Assembly (NCBI GenBank): GCA_003483925.1
Contig: DMXL01000007.1
Location: 30,504 to 94,503, forward strand
Length of the DNA: 64,000 nt
From: Candidatus Peribacteria bacterium
GTDB taxonomy: Bacteria > Patescibacteriota > Gracilibacteria > Peribacterales > Peribacteraceae
Direction: 5' to 3'
The notes under the pieces were generated by a model. It worked only from the letters and a program-made list of their open reading frames with translations, was not told the DNA's origin and searched no databases. This document shows positions 26,157 to 33,770 of this stretch, one piece after another. Numbering within the stretch: the first letter of the stretch is position 1; every line of letters starts with the position of its first letter. A program made the position numbers and the translations under genes.

Positions 26157-27624
26157 ATAGCTTCCCCTTCTCCTTCAAAATCCCCTCCCACTTCTGCGCC
26201 TCCTCCTGTTTAGAGGGATCCAGCTTGAGCGAGAGGTAGAGCTCCTTCAGGCCTTCGTCATACATCCCCTTCTTCCCGTAGGCGATGCCGAGGTTTGCGT
26301 GCGCGAGAGCGCGCTTGGGATCGATTTCGACAGCCTTCTCAAGGTGCTCGATAGCCTCATCCAGCTTGCCATCCTGGAAAAGCATCCACCCAAGATTGTG
26401 CTGCGCAATGAAGGTATCCGGGTACGAGGCAACGGCACGGCGATAGAGGAGCTCCGTCGAAGCCCACGTGAGGCTCTGGCGGTAGCTCAAGACCCCGAGC
26501 ACTGCGGCGAGCGCACAGAGCACCACGGAGGAAATCCCATGAGACCAATTCACCTTGAGCAGATCTGTAAGCCAAAATATGGCTGCAACTGCCAAGACGA
26601 TGATGCCGAGAGATGCGAGGTACGCGTAGCGGTCCGAAGCGTAGAAGATCTCCCCTCCTTTGTAGAAGGTGACGAAACTTGGAGCGAGCAGGAGGAGGTA
26701 CCACAATCCCCATATCGTCATCCACTTCGTCTTGCGCGCAAGGAGGCACGCCACGATGAGTAGGGCTGCAAGGATGATCGCGGAGACGAAGAATGCGGAA
26801 ACCGTGAACGTGATCGGACCGGTGTAGTGATAGAACACGGAGAAACGCAGAGGCCAGAAGATCTTCCCGATGTAAAAGACCGTGCTCTTCACCGAAACAA
26901 TGGCGATTTCCCACGGGGTAAGCCCGATGATGTTGTGTTCCTTCCCGACGATGGCGACGACGCCGAAAATGATACTGAGGACGAGGTAGGGCCACTTGGC
27001 GGCTACTTTACGCAGACTCAGGCGACCGTCGCGCATCCAATCGATCAGAACGAGGATAACGGGCAGAACGGCGATGGACACCTTTGCGAGGAGGCCGCAG
27101 AGAAAGAGCAGGAGACTTAAGACCTTGAGCATCGTGGATTTTCGCTCGCGGAAGCTCAGATACGCGACGACGGACGCGAGGAAGAACGCCCCGGACAGCA
27201 GGTCCTTGCGCGCGCTCACCCACGCGACTGCCTCCGTCTGAAGTGGGTGAACGGAGAAGAGCAGGGACGCGAGGAAGGCGATCTCCCGACGCCCCGTGAG
27301 CTTCACGAGCATCCAGAAGATCAGGAGCACATTCAGGATGTGAAGGAGGAGGTTGTCGAAGTGGTAGACGAAGGGATTCAAGCCGAAGAGGAAGTGCTCG
27401 AGTTGGTAGCTTAAGAGTGTGAACGGGACGTAGAGCTCCGGATCGAATGTCGTGAATGCTTTCCAGATCGCACCGAAAGAGAAATCCGTGATGATGGGGT
27501 TCTGATAGACGAGGATGCCGTCATCCCAGTTCACGAAACCATTCGAGAGCGATGCGGCGTAAACCGCAAGGACCGCGCCCGCAAGGATGAGGGCGAGAAG
27601 CCGGTCGGTGAGCCAGGAGCGCAT
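26155..27624 (-). CDS. GT-C membrane glycosyltransferase with C-terminal TPR repeats (PMT/TMTC-like)
   Basis: 489 aa. The N-terminal multi-TM part carries a WDDGILVYQNP loop motif. The C-terminal part has TPR-like repeats (AIEHLEKAVEIDPKRALAHANLGIAYGKKGMYDEGLKELYLSLKLDP). Confidence 0.7.
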   Translation of the reverse strand: MRSWLTDRLLALILAGAVLAVYAASLSNGFVNWDDGILVYQNPIITDFSFGAIWKAFTTFDPELYVPFTLLSYQLEHFLFGLNPFVYHFDNLLLHILNVLLIFWMLVKLTGRREIAFLASLLFSVHPLQTEAVAWVSARKDLLSGAFFLASVVAYLSFRERKSTMLKVLSLLLFLCGLLAKVSIAVLPVILVLIDWMRDGRLSLRKVAAKWPYLVLSIIFGVVAIVGKEHNIIGLTPWEIAIVSVKSTVFYIGKIFWPLRFSVFYHYTGPITFTVSAFFVSAIILAALLIVACLLARKTKWMTIWGLWYLLLLAPSFVTFYKGGEIFYASDRYAYLASLGIIVLAVAAIFWLTDLLKVNWSHGISSVVLCALAAVLGVLSYRQSLTWASTELLYRRAVASYPDTFIAQHNLGWMLFQDGKLDEAIEHLEKAVEIDPKRALAHANLGIAYGKKGMYDEGLKELYLSLKLDPSKQEEAQKWEGILKEKGKL

Positions 27625-27626
27625 GT

Positions 27627-27714
27627 GAGGGCTAAGGTTAGGGTTAGGGTTAGGGATGAGGTTACACTGCTGAGATAGTTTCCCTAATCCTAACCCTAAT
27701 GCCTAACCCTAAAT
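27627..27714. repeat. Inverted clusters of telomere-like hexamers (TTAGGG)n / (CCCTAA)n
   Basis: The left arm reads gagggctaaggttagggttagggttagggatgaggtta, the spacer is 17 nt, and the right arm reads ccctaatcctaaccctaatgcctaaccctaaat. The right arm overlaps the TAG stop (27709-27711) of the ATPase gene. Confidence 0.8.
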
Positions 27715-29952
27715 AATCGGTTCTTCAAATTTCTCCTCAATCTCCGCAATCTCCCCCTCCTTGGGCGCTTCGCTCGCCGCTTCGTCCCACTTCTTAAGCA
27801 TCTCCTCCACCTTCTTCTTCGGCTGGCAGTACTTCTTGCGGGAGAGCTCGATGATTTCCCGCGTGTGATCCTCCGCCGGCTTCGGCACATCGACCGTGCG
27901 TCCGGAGAAGGCTTCGCGGATCTCCCCCTTCACGGACATCTTCACGTAGAACTCCCGAACGCCGAGATTGATGATGTCGCGCTCTTTGAAGATCGGCTCG
28001 TACTCCTTCTCAAGAACCGCAGCATCCTCGGCCCCGACGCGGAAGCTGATCATGGATCCGACATTACCGAAAACCGTCTGGCGGATCCTCGAAGAGAGCT
28101 GCCCCATGTACTGATGGGCAATCGTGAGATTGAGATGATACTTGCGGGCCTCGGAGAGAATCTCATAGAACGTATCGGTCGCGAAGTTCTGGAATTCATC
28201 GACGTAGAAGTAGAAATCCGGCCGCTGCTCCTCCTCCACACTCGCACGGCTCATCGCCGCCTGGTACATCTTCGTGATGATCATCGAACCGAGAAGTGAG
28301 GAGTTTTCCTCTCCAAGGAGCCCTTTGGAGACTTTCATGAGTAGGATCTTCTTCTGATCCATGACTTCGCGGATGTCGAACCGGGTCGTGGGCTGCCCGA
28401 TGATGTTGCGGATCATATTCGTCGCGACGAACTGGCCGACTTTGTTGAGAAGCGGCGTGATGGCTTCGGAGTCGAACTTCTCGGACCACGCGGCGAACTC
28501 GGACACCCAGAAGCTCTTCACGACGTTGTCCTGGATACGCGCAACGATCTTCTGACGGTAGTTCTTGTCATTGAGCATCTTCAGGATCGAGAGAACCGTC
28601 GTGTTCGGGCTGTCAAGGAGCGCCAGCGTGGTGTAGCGAAGCACGTGCTCGAGACGGTACGACCAGTTGTCCCCGAAGAGCTTCTTGAAGATATCGAGGA
28701 AACCGATGGTGAGCTGCATCTTGTACGCCTCGTCGACTTTGGCGAGCGGATTGAAAGCGATGGGGAACTCCGTATCTCCAGGGTCGAAGAGGATCACATC
28801 GTCGATGCGATTTTTGGGGACGTGCCGCAGCACGCAATCCACCAGATCTCCGTGCGGATCGAGCACCGCCACTCCCCTGCCGCGATCCAGATCCTCCTTG
28901 ATGAGCAGCTCCAGGAGCTTGCTTTTCCCCACGCCCGATTTGCCGACGACGTACAGGTGGCGCCTGCGGTCTTCGAGACGCACGCCGAATCGCACGAAAT
29001 TGTTGTGGTAATTGGTGATGCCAAAGGTGCTCACGTCTTTCTCGCCCGTCCGCGGCAAGTCCTGCGGGGGGTCGGACTTGCGTGCGAGAACGTGGACGAT
29101 GTGGTGCACGTGATCGGTGTTGGGAAGGTGGTAGAGCGTCGCCGTCTCCTTCGCGCTCAGAATGTACGTCTTCGCATGCTCCCGTGCCCGATACTTCTGG
29201 AGGAATCCTGCCGACTCCGTCGCCCGCGTCGCCGTGAAGCCGTTGACGTCCGAATCATTGAAATGGTAGAAGCTGTTATTCACGGCTTCGATCTTGCGAA
29301 CGGCTTCGTCGAAGCTCCGCGAGAGGAACGCGCAGCGGATCGATACCCTGAAGGGCTTGGTCTTCTCCTTCTCCTTCGCGATCTCGTAGCGAACGGCCTG
29401 GATGCCCCTGCGGCCCTCCTTACGCAGACGATCGCGGATGGAGAAGAACTTTTTGAGGTTCGCGAGCTTGAAACGCACGCTCCTGAGGAAATGATACAAC
29501 GCATTGTCCGCGTGCGGTTCCACGATGATCTGGACCCACACCTGCTCCCCGCTCTCGATCTTCGAGATCACCGAGAAGAGACGGGACATGCTGTCTTCCT
29601 CGAAGCGGTCGTAGGTCTTCACCGGATACACGTCCCTCTCCTTCAACCTCAACTCGCACCCCGCGAAGTGGTGCTTCGAAGGATCGAACGCGGCCGCGTA
29701 ATCCTTCGTTTCCCGGATTTCCGCATCGGGAAAGGTGGCATAGATGAGACCTTCAATCGTTTCCACGTATTTCTCATCCATCACCACGTAGAAATACGTG
29801 TACTGTTCGTACCCAAGATACTCGAAAGAGAACCGTTCCTCCGTCACGGTGTTACGCAAGCTCACGAGCAGATCCTGGAATTTCGACTCCAGTTTTTTGT
29901 TGTCTTTCGTTCCCTGCGGCACGACGATGTGGAGGAAGTGCAGCTTGGTCAT
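27709..29952 (-). CDS. Soluble VirD4/TraD-like (TraM-recognition-type) P-loop ATPase
   Basis: 747 aa. Walker A is VVGKSGVGKSKLLE and Walker B is FYFYVDEFQNF. AHQYMGQL..FGNVGSMISFRVGAEDA resembles type IV coupling protein or DUF87-type ATPases. I see no N-terminal TM helices. Confidence 0.65.
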   Translation of the reverse strand: MTKLHFLHIVVPQGTKDNKKLESKFQDLLVSLRNTVTEERFSFEYLGYEQYTYFYVVMDEKYVETIEGLIYATFPDAEIRETKDYAAAFDPSKHHFAGCELRLKERDVYPVKTYDRFEEDSMSRLFSVISKIESGEQVWVQIIVEPHADNALYHFLRSVRFKLANLKKFFSIRDRLRKEGRRGIQAVRYEIAKEKEKTKPFRVSIRCAFLSRSFDEAVRKIEAVNNSFYHFNDSDVNGFTATRATESAGFLQKYRAREHAKTYILSAKETATLYHLPNTDHVHHIVHVLARKSDPPQDLPRTGEKDVSTFGITNYHNNFVRFGVRLEDRRRHLYVVGKSGVGKSKLLELLIKEDLDRGRGVAVLDPHGDLVDCVLRHVPKNRIDDVILFDPGDTEFPIAFNPLAKVDEAYKMQLTIGFLDIFKKLFGDNWSYRLEHVLRYTTLALLDSPNTTVLSILKMLNDKNYRQKIVARIQDNVVKSFWVSEFAAWSEKFDSEAITPLLNKVGQFVATNMIRNIIGQPTTRFDIREVMDQKKILLMKVSKGLLGEENSSLLGSMIITKMYQAAMSRASVEEEQRPDFYFYVDEFQNFATDTFYEILSEARKYHLNLTIAHQYMGQLSSRIRQTVFGNVGSMISFRVGAEDAAVLEKEYEPIFKERDIINLGVREFYVKMSVKGEIREAFSGRTVDVPKPAEDHTREIIELSRKKYCQPKKKVEEMLKKWDEAASEAPKEGEIAEIEEKFEEPII

Positions 29953-29961
29953 TTAGGCTAG

Positions 29962-29990
29962 ATTCTGCATGATTTACGGCCTTTTGTAAA
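29962..29990 (-). promoter_or_regulatory. Candidate promoter of the ATPase gene (TTTACA-N17-CAGAAT)
   Basis: Reverse complement of 29985-29990 is TTTACA and of 29962-29967 is CAGAAT. The ATG follows 9 nt later. Confidence 0.4.
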
Positions 29991-30053
29991 CACCGATCGG
30001 GGGTATTTTGCGAGACATAAGACGTAAGCCATAAGCTCACGGCTCACAGCTTT

Positions 30054-31727
30054 TCAATACACCTCCTTCCGGTAGCAATTCTCGCAGTAGATCTGCATCT
30101 CCGTATCCGCGGGGTAGCTCGTGACCATGGGGACGGAACACTTCGCGCACAAGCCTTCGCGCAGCTTCCACGGGTTCTGCTCGCGAGAACGCCGTAGGTG
30201 GCGGCAGTCCGGGCAAGAGTCCGGGAGAGGGATGCGGCGCGCGCGATATACGGCGAGCTCTTGGGGAACGATCTTGTAATTCTTCCCACACTCTTCGCAC
30301 ACGAGCACGCTTTCCATCGCGTCGTTCGCAACCTGATCGATCGCATCGGGCACCCGGTACGTCTGCGCGCGGGGTACGCGCGGCTCGGGCGGGTGCCAGC
30401 GATAGCCGAGTTCCTTCGCCTGCTCTTCCATAAGCGGGAAACGCTCCATCGCTGCGGTCTCGTTGTACGCAAATGGCGCGCAGGAAGCCGGGAAGAATTC
30501 TCCCCATTCACCGTTCACTCTCATGGCCGCGATGATCCGTGGCACGAGGCGCTCGTATTCGTCTTTCGTATACTGCTTGTTCAGGATGCAGTACTGGCTG
30601 CGGCGGAGCCCGATGCATCCGAAAATGTCTTTTGAAGCGGTGATGAAAAAGGAGTAGTGCACGCGCTGGCACCCCGACGTGCGCAGACAGAAGCTCGTGC
30701 CGTACGACGCCGCGACGGATGTGGTTTCGTAGATGAGCTCACTGTCCCTCCCGCCGGTATAAGCGTCCATGGCATCCCGATACAGGTTCACGTCGTAGAG
30801 ATACCGTCCGTCCACGGAATCGAATGCTCCGTAACATTGCAGACAGTTCTTGCAACGGAAGAGATTGTCACCGGTGACGTTCTCGCACTGGATGTTCATG
30901 AGATTGCGGCGAATCGCCTTGCGCCGGATCCCGCGGTACATGCTCTCAGCCATCTTCACCATCTTGCGGGAGCCGAAGTCGAACTCCCGAAGCTTTGCTT
31001 CATATGCATCCTTCGTGAGTTGCTCGTTGAGGAAGTAGTATCGCTTCCCGCGGAGATTGCTGCACATGAAGCAGTCCAAGCAATTGCGACAGTCCAGGAG
31101 AAACGCACAGTTTGCGCAGTCGCTGCAGAAGAAGAGGTAGCGGCTGTCAGTGCAGTTCATGCATTCCACGCACTCGTAAAGGAAGGATGATTTCTTCACC
31201 TGCGTACAATCCGTGCAATCGGAGCTCCGACTCCCGCGGTAGGTGTAGAGCATGTCCTGGGATTGATGTGTACGCGCGCAGAGGTAGCAATTCTTGCTTT
31301 CGCGCACGTCGCTGTTGAACTCGCAGTTCTCCGAGAGCTCCACGCGCAGCGATGGGAGCGGGATCGCGAGCGCGAAGCTCCGGAATTGATCGAAGAACGG
31401 GCGCGCAGCATCGTATGGACGTCCGTATGCAAGCGGATCGAAGGCATCGGAGAACCAGTGGTTCTTCTCACAGACTTTGTGAGGAGAGTCGGGAGAGAAC
31501 ACCGAGATGATGTCCTGTCCCGTGACATCGCATTTTCGCCGGTAGAGCTGCCGCTCGTTTCGAAAGCTCATCCTCCTTCGCTGCCGACAGTCGGGGCACA
31601 GGGTCGGTGGCGGGATGAGCTCCTTCTTCCCGGCGAAGACAGGCGAAACTCTCTCGAGGAACGTGAGGTCGTCCTCCGTGACATCGAAGGGGGCACGGCA
31701 CCAAGAGTTCAAGCAAATCTTCTGCAT
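30054..31727 (-). CDS. Cys-rich array paralogue G1 (uncharacterised zinc-ribbon/Cys-ladder family)
   Basis: 557 aa. The N-terminus reads MQKICLNSWCRAPFDV..PPPTLCPDCRQRRR..YRRKCDVTGQDII. A Cys ladder follows. The C-terminal module keeps all Cys (VCEECGKNYKI..CPDCRH..CAKC..YCENCYRKEVY*). Confidence 0.85.
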   Translation of the reverse strand: MQKICLNSWCRAPFDVTEDDLTFLERVSPVFAGKKELIPPPTLCPDCRQRRRMSFRNERQLYRRKCDVTGQDIISVFSPDSPHKVCEKNHWFSDAFDPLAYGRPYDAARPFFDQFRSFALAIPLPSLRVELSENCEFNSDVRESKNCYLCARTHQSQDMLYTYRGSRSSDCTDCTQVKKSSFLYECVECMNCTDSRYLFFCSDCANCAFLLDCRNCLDCFMCSNLRGKRYYFLNEQLTKDAYEAKLREFDFGSRKMVKMAESMYRGIRRKAIRRNLMNIQCENVTGDNLFRCKNCLQCYGAFDSVDGRYLYDVNLYRDAMDAYTGGRDSELIYETTSVAASYGTSFCLRTSGCQRVHYSFFITASKDIFGCIGLRRSQYCILNKQYTKDEYERLVPRIIAAMRVNGEWGEFFPASCAPFAYNETAAMERFPLMEEQAKELGYRWHPPEPRVPRAQTYRVPDAIDQVANDAMESVLVCEECGKNYKIVPQELAVYRARRIPLPDSCPDCRHLRRSREQNPWKLREGLCAKCSVPMVTSYPADTEMQIYCENCYRKEVY

Positions 31728-31799
31728 ACGCTGATTCTAGCAAGGGATGAGGGGCATGTAGTACGTATTATGAGAGATTGGTTCTCCTGCCCATACCCC
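31728..31799 (-). promoter_or_regulatory. Array junction cassette with extended -10 (TGCTAGAAT) for G1
   Basis: Reverse complement of 31734-31742 is TGCTAGAAT, 6 nt from the ATG. The cassette contains the shared string gaggggcatgtagtacgtattatg. Confidence 0.5.
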
Positions 31800-31910
31800 T
31801 TACTACACCTCTTTGAGGTAGCACTCCTCGCCCATTCGACTCCGTCTCGCTGCGCTCGCCTCCGCTCAGGGTGAATCGTGTTGTAAGCGAAAGAGGAATT
31901 GAGTTGATAT
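31800..31910 (-). repeat. REP-like core plus ghost gene terminus downstream of G2
   Basis: The minus strand after the G2 stop reads ..CACGATTCACCCTGAGCGGAGGCGAGCGCAGCGAGACGGAGTCGA-ATGGGCGAGGAGTGCTACCTCAAAGAGGTGTAGTAA. This gives a degenerate second copy of the family C-terminus (MGEECYLKEV**). Confidence 0.7.
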
Positions 31911-33611
31911 TCAGTATACTTCTTTCAGATAACACGATTCGCAGTACACAATTTCCGGTCTCTCGGGCGCATAGGTCGTCTCCATTGACTTGCCGCACTT
32001 CGCACACGCACGCTTCCAGAGCTTGCGTGGATTGCGTAAGGCCCTGCGTGCGGCATGGCGCACTTCGAAATGCCGGCGCGGGAGAGGCACATGCAGTTTT
32101 CGATAGAGACCAAGCTCGCTCGGCTGGATTTTGAATAGTTTCCCGGATACCTCGCAGCGGATGGCCCACTGGAGCACATCATCGGGAACGGCATCGATCG
32201 TTTCGGGAAGACGATCGCCAGAGACCACCTTTGTGACAGATGGCATTTCCTCGCGCATCTCGCGCCACCGCCATCCGCGTTTCTTCACCTCCTCCTTCGT
32301 GAGCGGATAGTAATCCTGAGCGACGGTTTCGTTGTACGAAAAGGCGGAGAGCGTGGGAGGGAAAAACTCTCCCCATGTCCCCTCTTTTCGCATCTGTTCA
32401 ATAATCTTCGGAGTCAATCGTCCGTATTCTTCTTCCGTGTACTGCGTATTCAGAATGCAGTGCCGCATCTTCTTCAAGCCCACGCAGCCGAAACAATCGT
32501 TGGCACCCTGGAGACAGTAGATGGAGTAGCAGAGATTCGAGACACCGAACGACTGGTAGTAGCAACAAATGAGCCGTTCGACGCCCGCTCCCACGTAGGC
32601 GCAGTTGTACACGAGGTTCATCTTGTCACCCCATGCGTCGACGTCCTGCGCGTCCGATCCGCCCATCATGCAGTTCGTGCAATGACGACAATCGCGCATG
32701 TCCATGCAATCGTAGGAATCATGCATGTTCTTGCAGGAGATGAGGTTGTCGCCCGTTACCTCTTCACTCATCACCGTACGAGTGGCTTTGCGCGGGTATC
32801 TGAGGAAAAGAGCCTCCGCTTGCGCACGCAGCGCCTCCACGCCGGCATGCGTGTGAAGGGCGAATGCCGCCTTCCGGAGAGCGAACTCCTCCTTGGAAAC
32901 CGGCTCATTGAAGATATGATACTCCTTCTGGTGCAGATTCACGCACCCGATGCAGTTCCGGCAACTTGAGCAATCAAGGAGGAACGCGCTATCCGAGCAG
33001 TTGCTACAGAAGCGCGAATACAGCAGATGAAAACACTCCTGGCAGTGGATGCACTCGTAACAGAGCTCGCACTGCTTGAGGCTGTAGAAATCGCAACAAT
33101 CCTTGAGGAGCGCGTAGACTTCGCCATAGTAGGAGTCCTGCGCCTGCTCCCCGTCAAAGATCAGGTAACAGTTCTGCAGACGGTATCCGTCGTGTGCGTA
33201 GTCGCTGTTGATGTTGTCAGTGAGCGCGAGGATGGAGATTTTCGGGACGGCGTACCACAGATCGCGGAATTGATCGAAGAACGGGCGCGAGAAATCGTAC
33301 GCCCTACCGAAGGAAAGAGGATCCCAGTTATCCCCCCACCAGCACGCAGGACAGAAGACGGTAAAGGGGGAATCGGCAGGATAGATGGCGATGATGCGCT
33401 TCTTGCAATGATCGCACACACGCGGGTACAGCGTCCGTTCATTGCGCATGGCCAACCTTCTCTGCTGACGGCAGTCGAGGCAAAAGGCGGGGGGAGGAAC
33501 GGATTCTTTCTTTCTATTGAATACAGGAGAGATCTTGTCATAGAACGCAAGATCATCCTGCGCGATCTCGAAGGCGGAAGCGCACCACGGGTTGGCGCAG
33601 ATTTTCTGCAT
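31911..33611 (-). CDS. Cys-rich array paralogue G2
   Basis: 566 aa. It starts MQKICANPWCASAFEI..PPPAFCLDCRQQRR, contains CFGCVGLKKMRHCILNTQYTEEEY, and ends CAKCGKSMETTYAPERPEIVYCESCYLKEVY*. Confidence 0.85.
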   Translation of the reverse strand: MQKICANPWCASAFEIAQDDLAFYDKISPVFNRKKESVPPPAFCLDCRQQRRLAMRNERTLYPRVCDHCKKRIIAIYPADSPFTVFCPACWWGDNWDPLSFGRAYDFSRPFFDQFRDLWYAVPKISILALTDNINSDYAHDGYRLQNCYLIFDGEQAQDSYYGEVYALLKDCCDFYSLKQCELCYECIHCQECFHLLYSRFCSNCSDSAFLLDCSSCRNCIGCVNLHQKEYHIFNEPVSKEEFALRKAAFALHTHAGVEALRAQAEALFLRYPRKATRTVMSEEVTGDNLISCKNMHDSYDCMDMRDCRHCTNCMMGGSDAQDVDAWGDKMNLVYNCAYVGAGVERLICCYYQSFGVSNLCYSIYCLQGANDCFGCVGLKKMRHCILNTQYTEEEYGRLTPKIIEQMRKEGTWGEFFPPTLSAFSYNETVAQDYYPLTKEEVKKRGWRWREMREEMPSVTKVVSGDRLPETIDAVPDDVLQWAIRCEVSGKLFKIQPSELGLYRKLHVPLPRRHFEVRHAARRALRNPRKLWKRACAKCGKSMETTYAPERPEIVYCESCYLKEVY

Positions 33612-33619
33612 GGGGGGCT

Positions 33620-33628
33620 AGTATAGCA
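33620..33628 (-). promoter_or_regulatory. Extended -10 (TGCTATACT) for G2
   Basis: Reverse complement of 33620-33628 is TGCTATACT. An 8-nt spacer (AGCCCCCC) separates it from the ATG. Confidence 0.45.
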
Positions 33629-33659
33629 AACATCGTCATAGTGAGGGGCCCCGCACAAA

Positions 33660-33770
33660 TCAATAAACCTCTTTGAGATAGCAATCTTCGCCCATTCGAC
33701 TCCGTCTCGCTGCGCTCGCCTCCGCTCAGGGTGAATCGTGCTGTAAGCGAAAGGGGAATTGGGTTGATAT
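33660..33770 (-). repeat. REP-like core plus ghost gene terminus downstream of G3
   Basis: This is the same 111-nt element as 31800..31910. It ends ..GGAGTCGA-ATGGGCGAAGATTGCTATCTCAAAGAGGTTTATTGA (MGEDCYLKEVY*). Confidence 0.7.
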
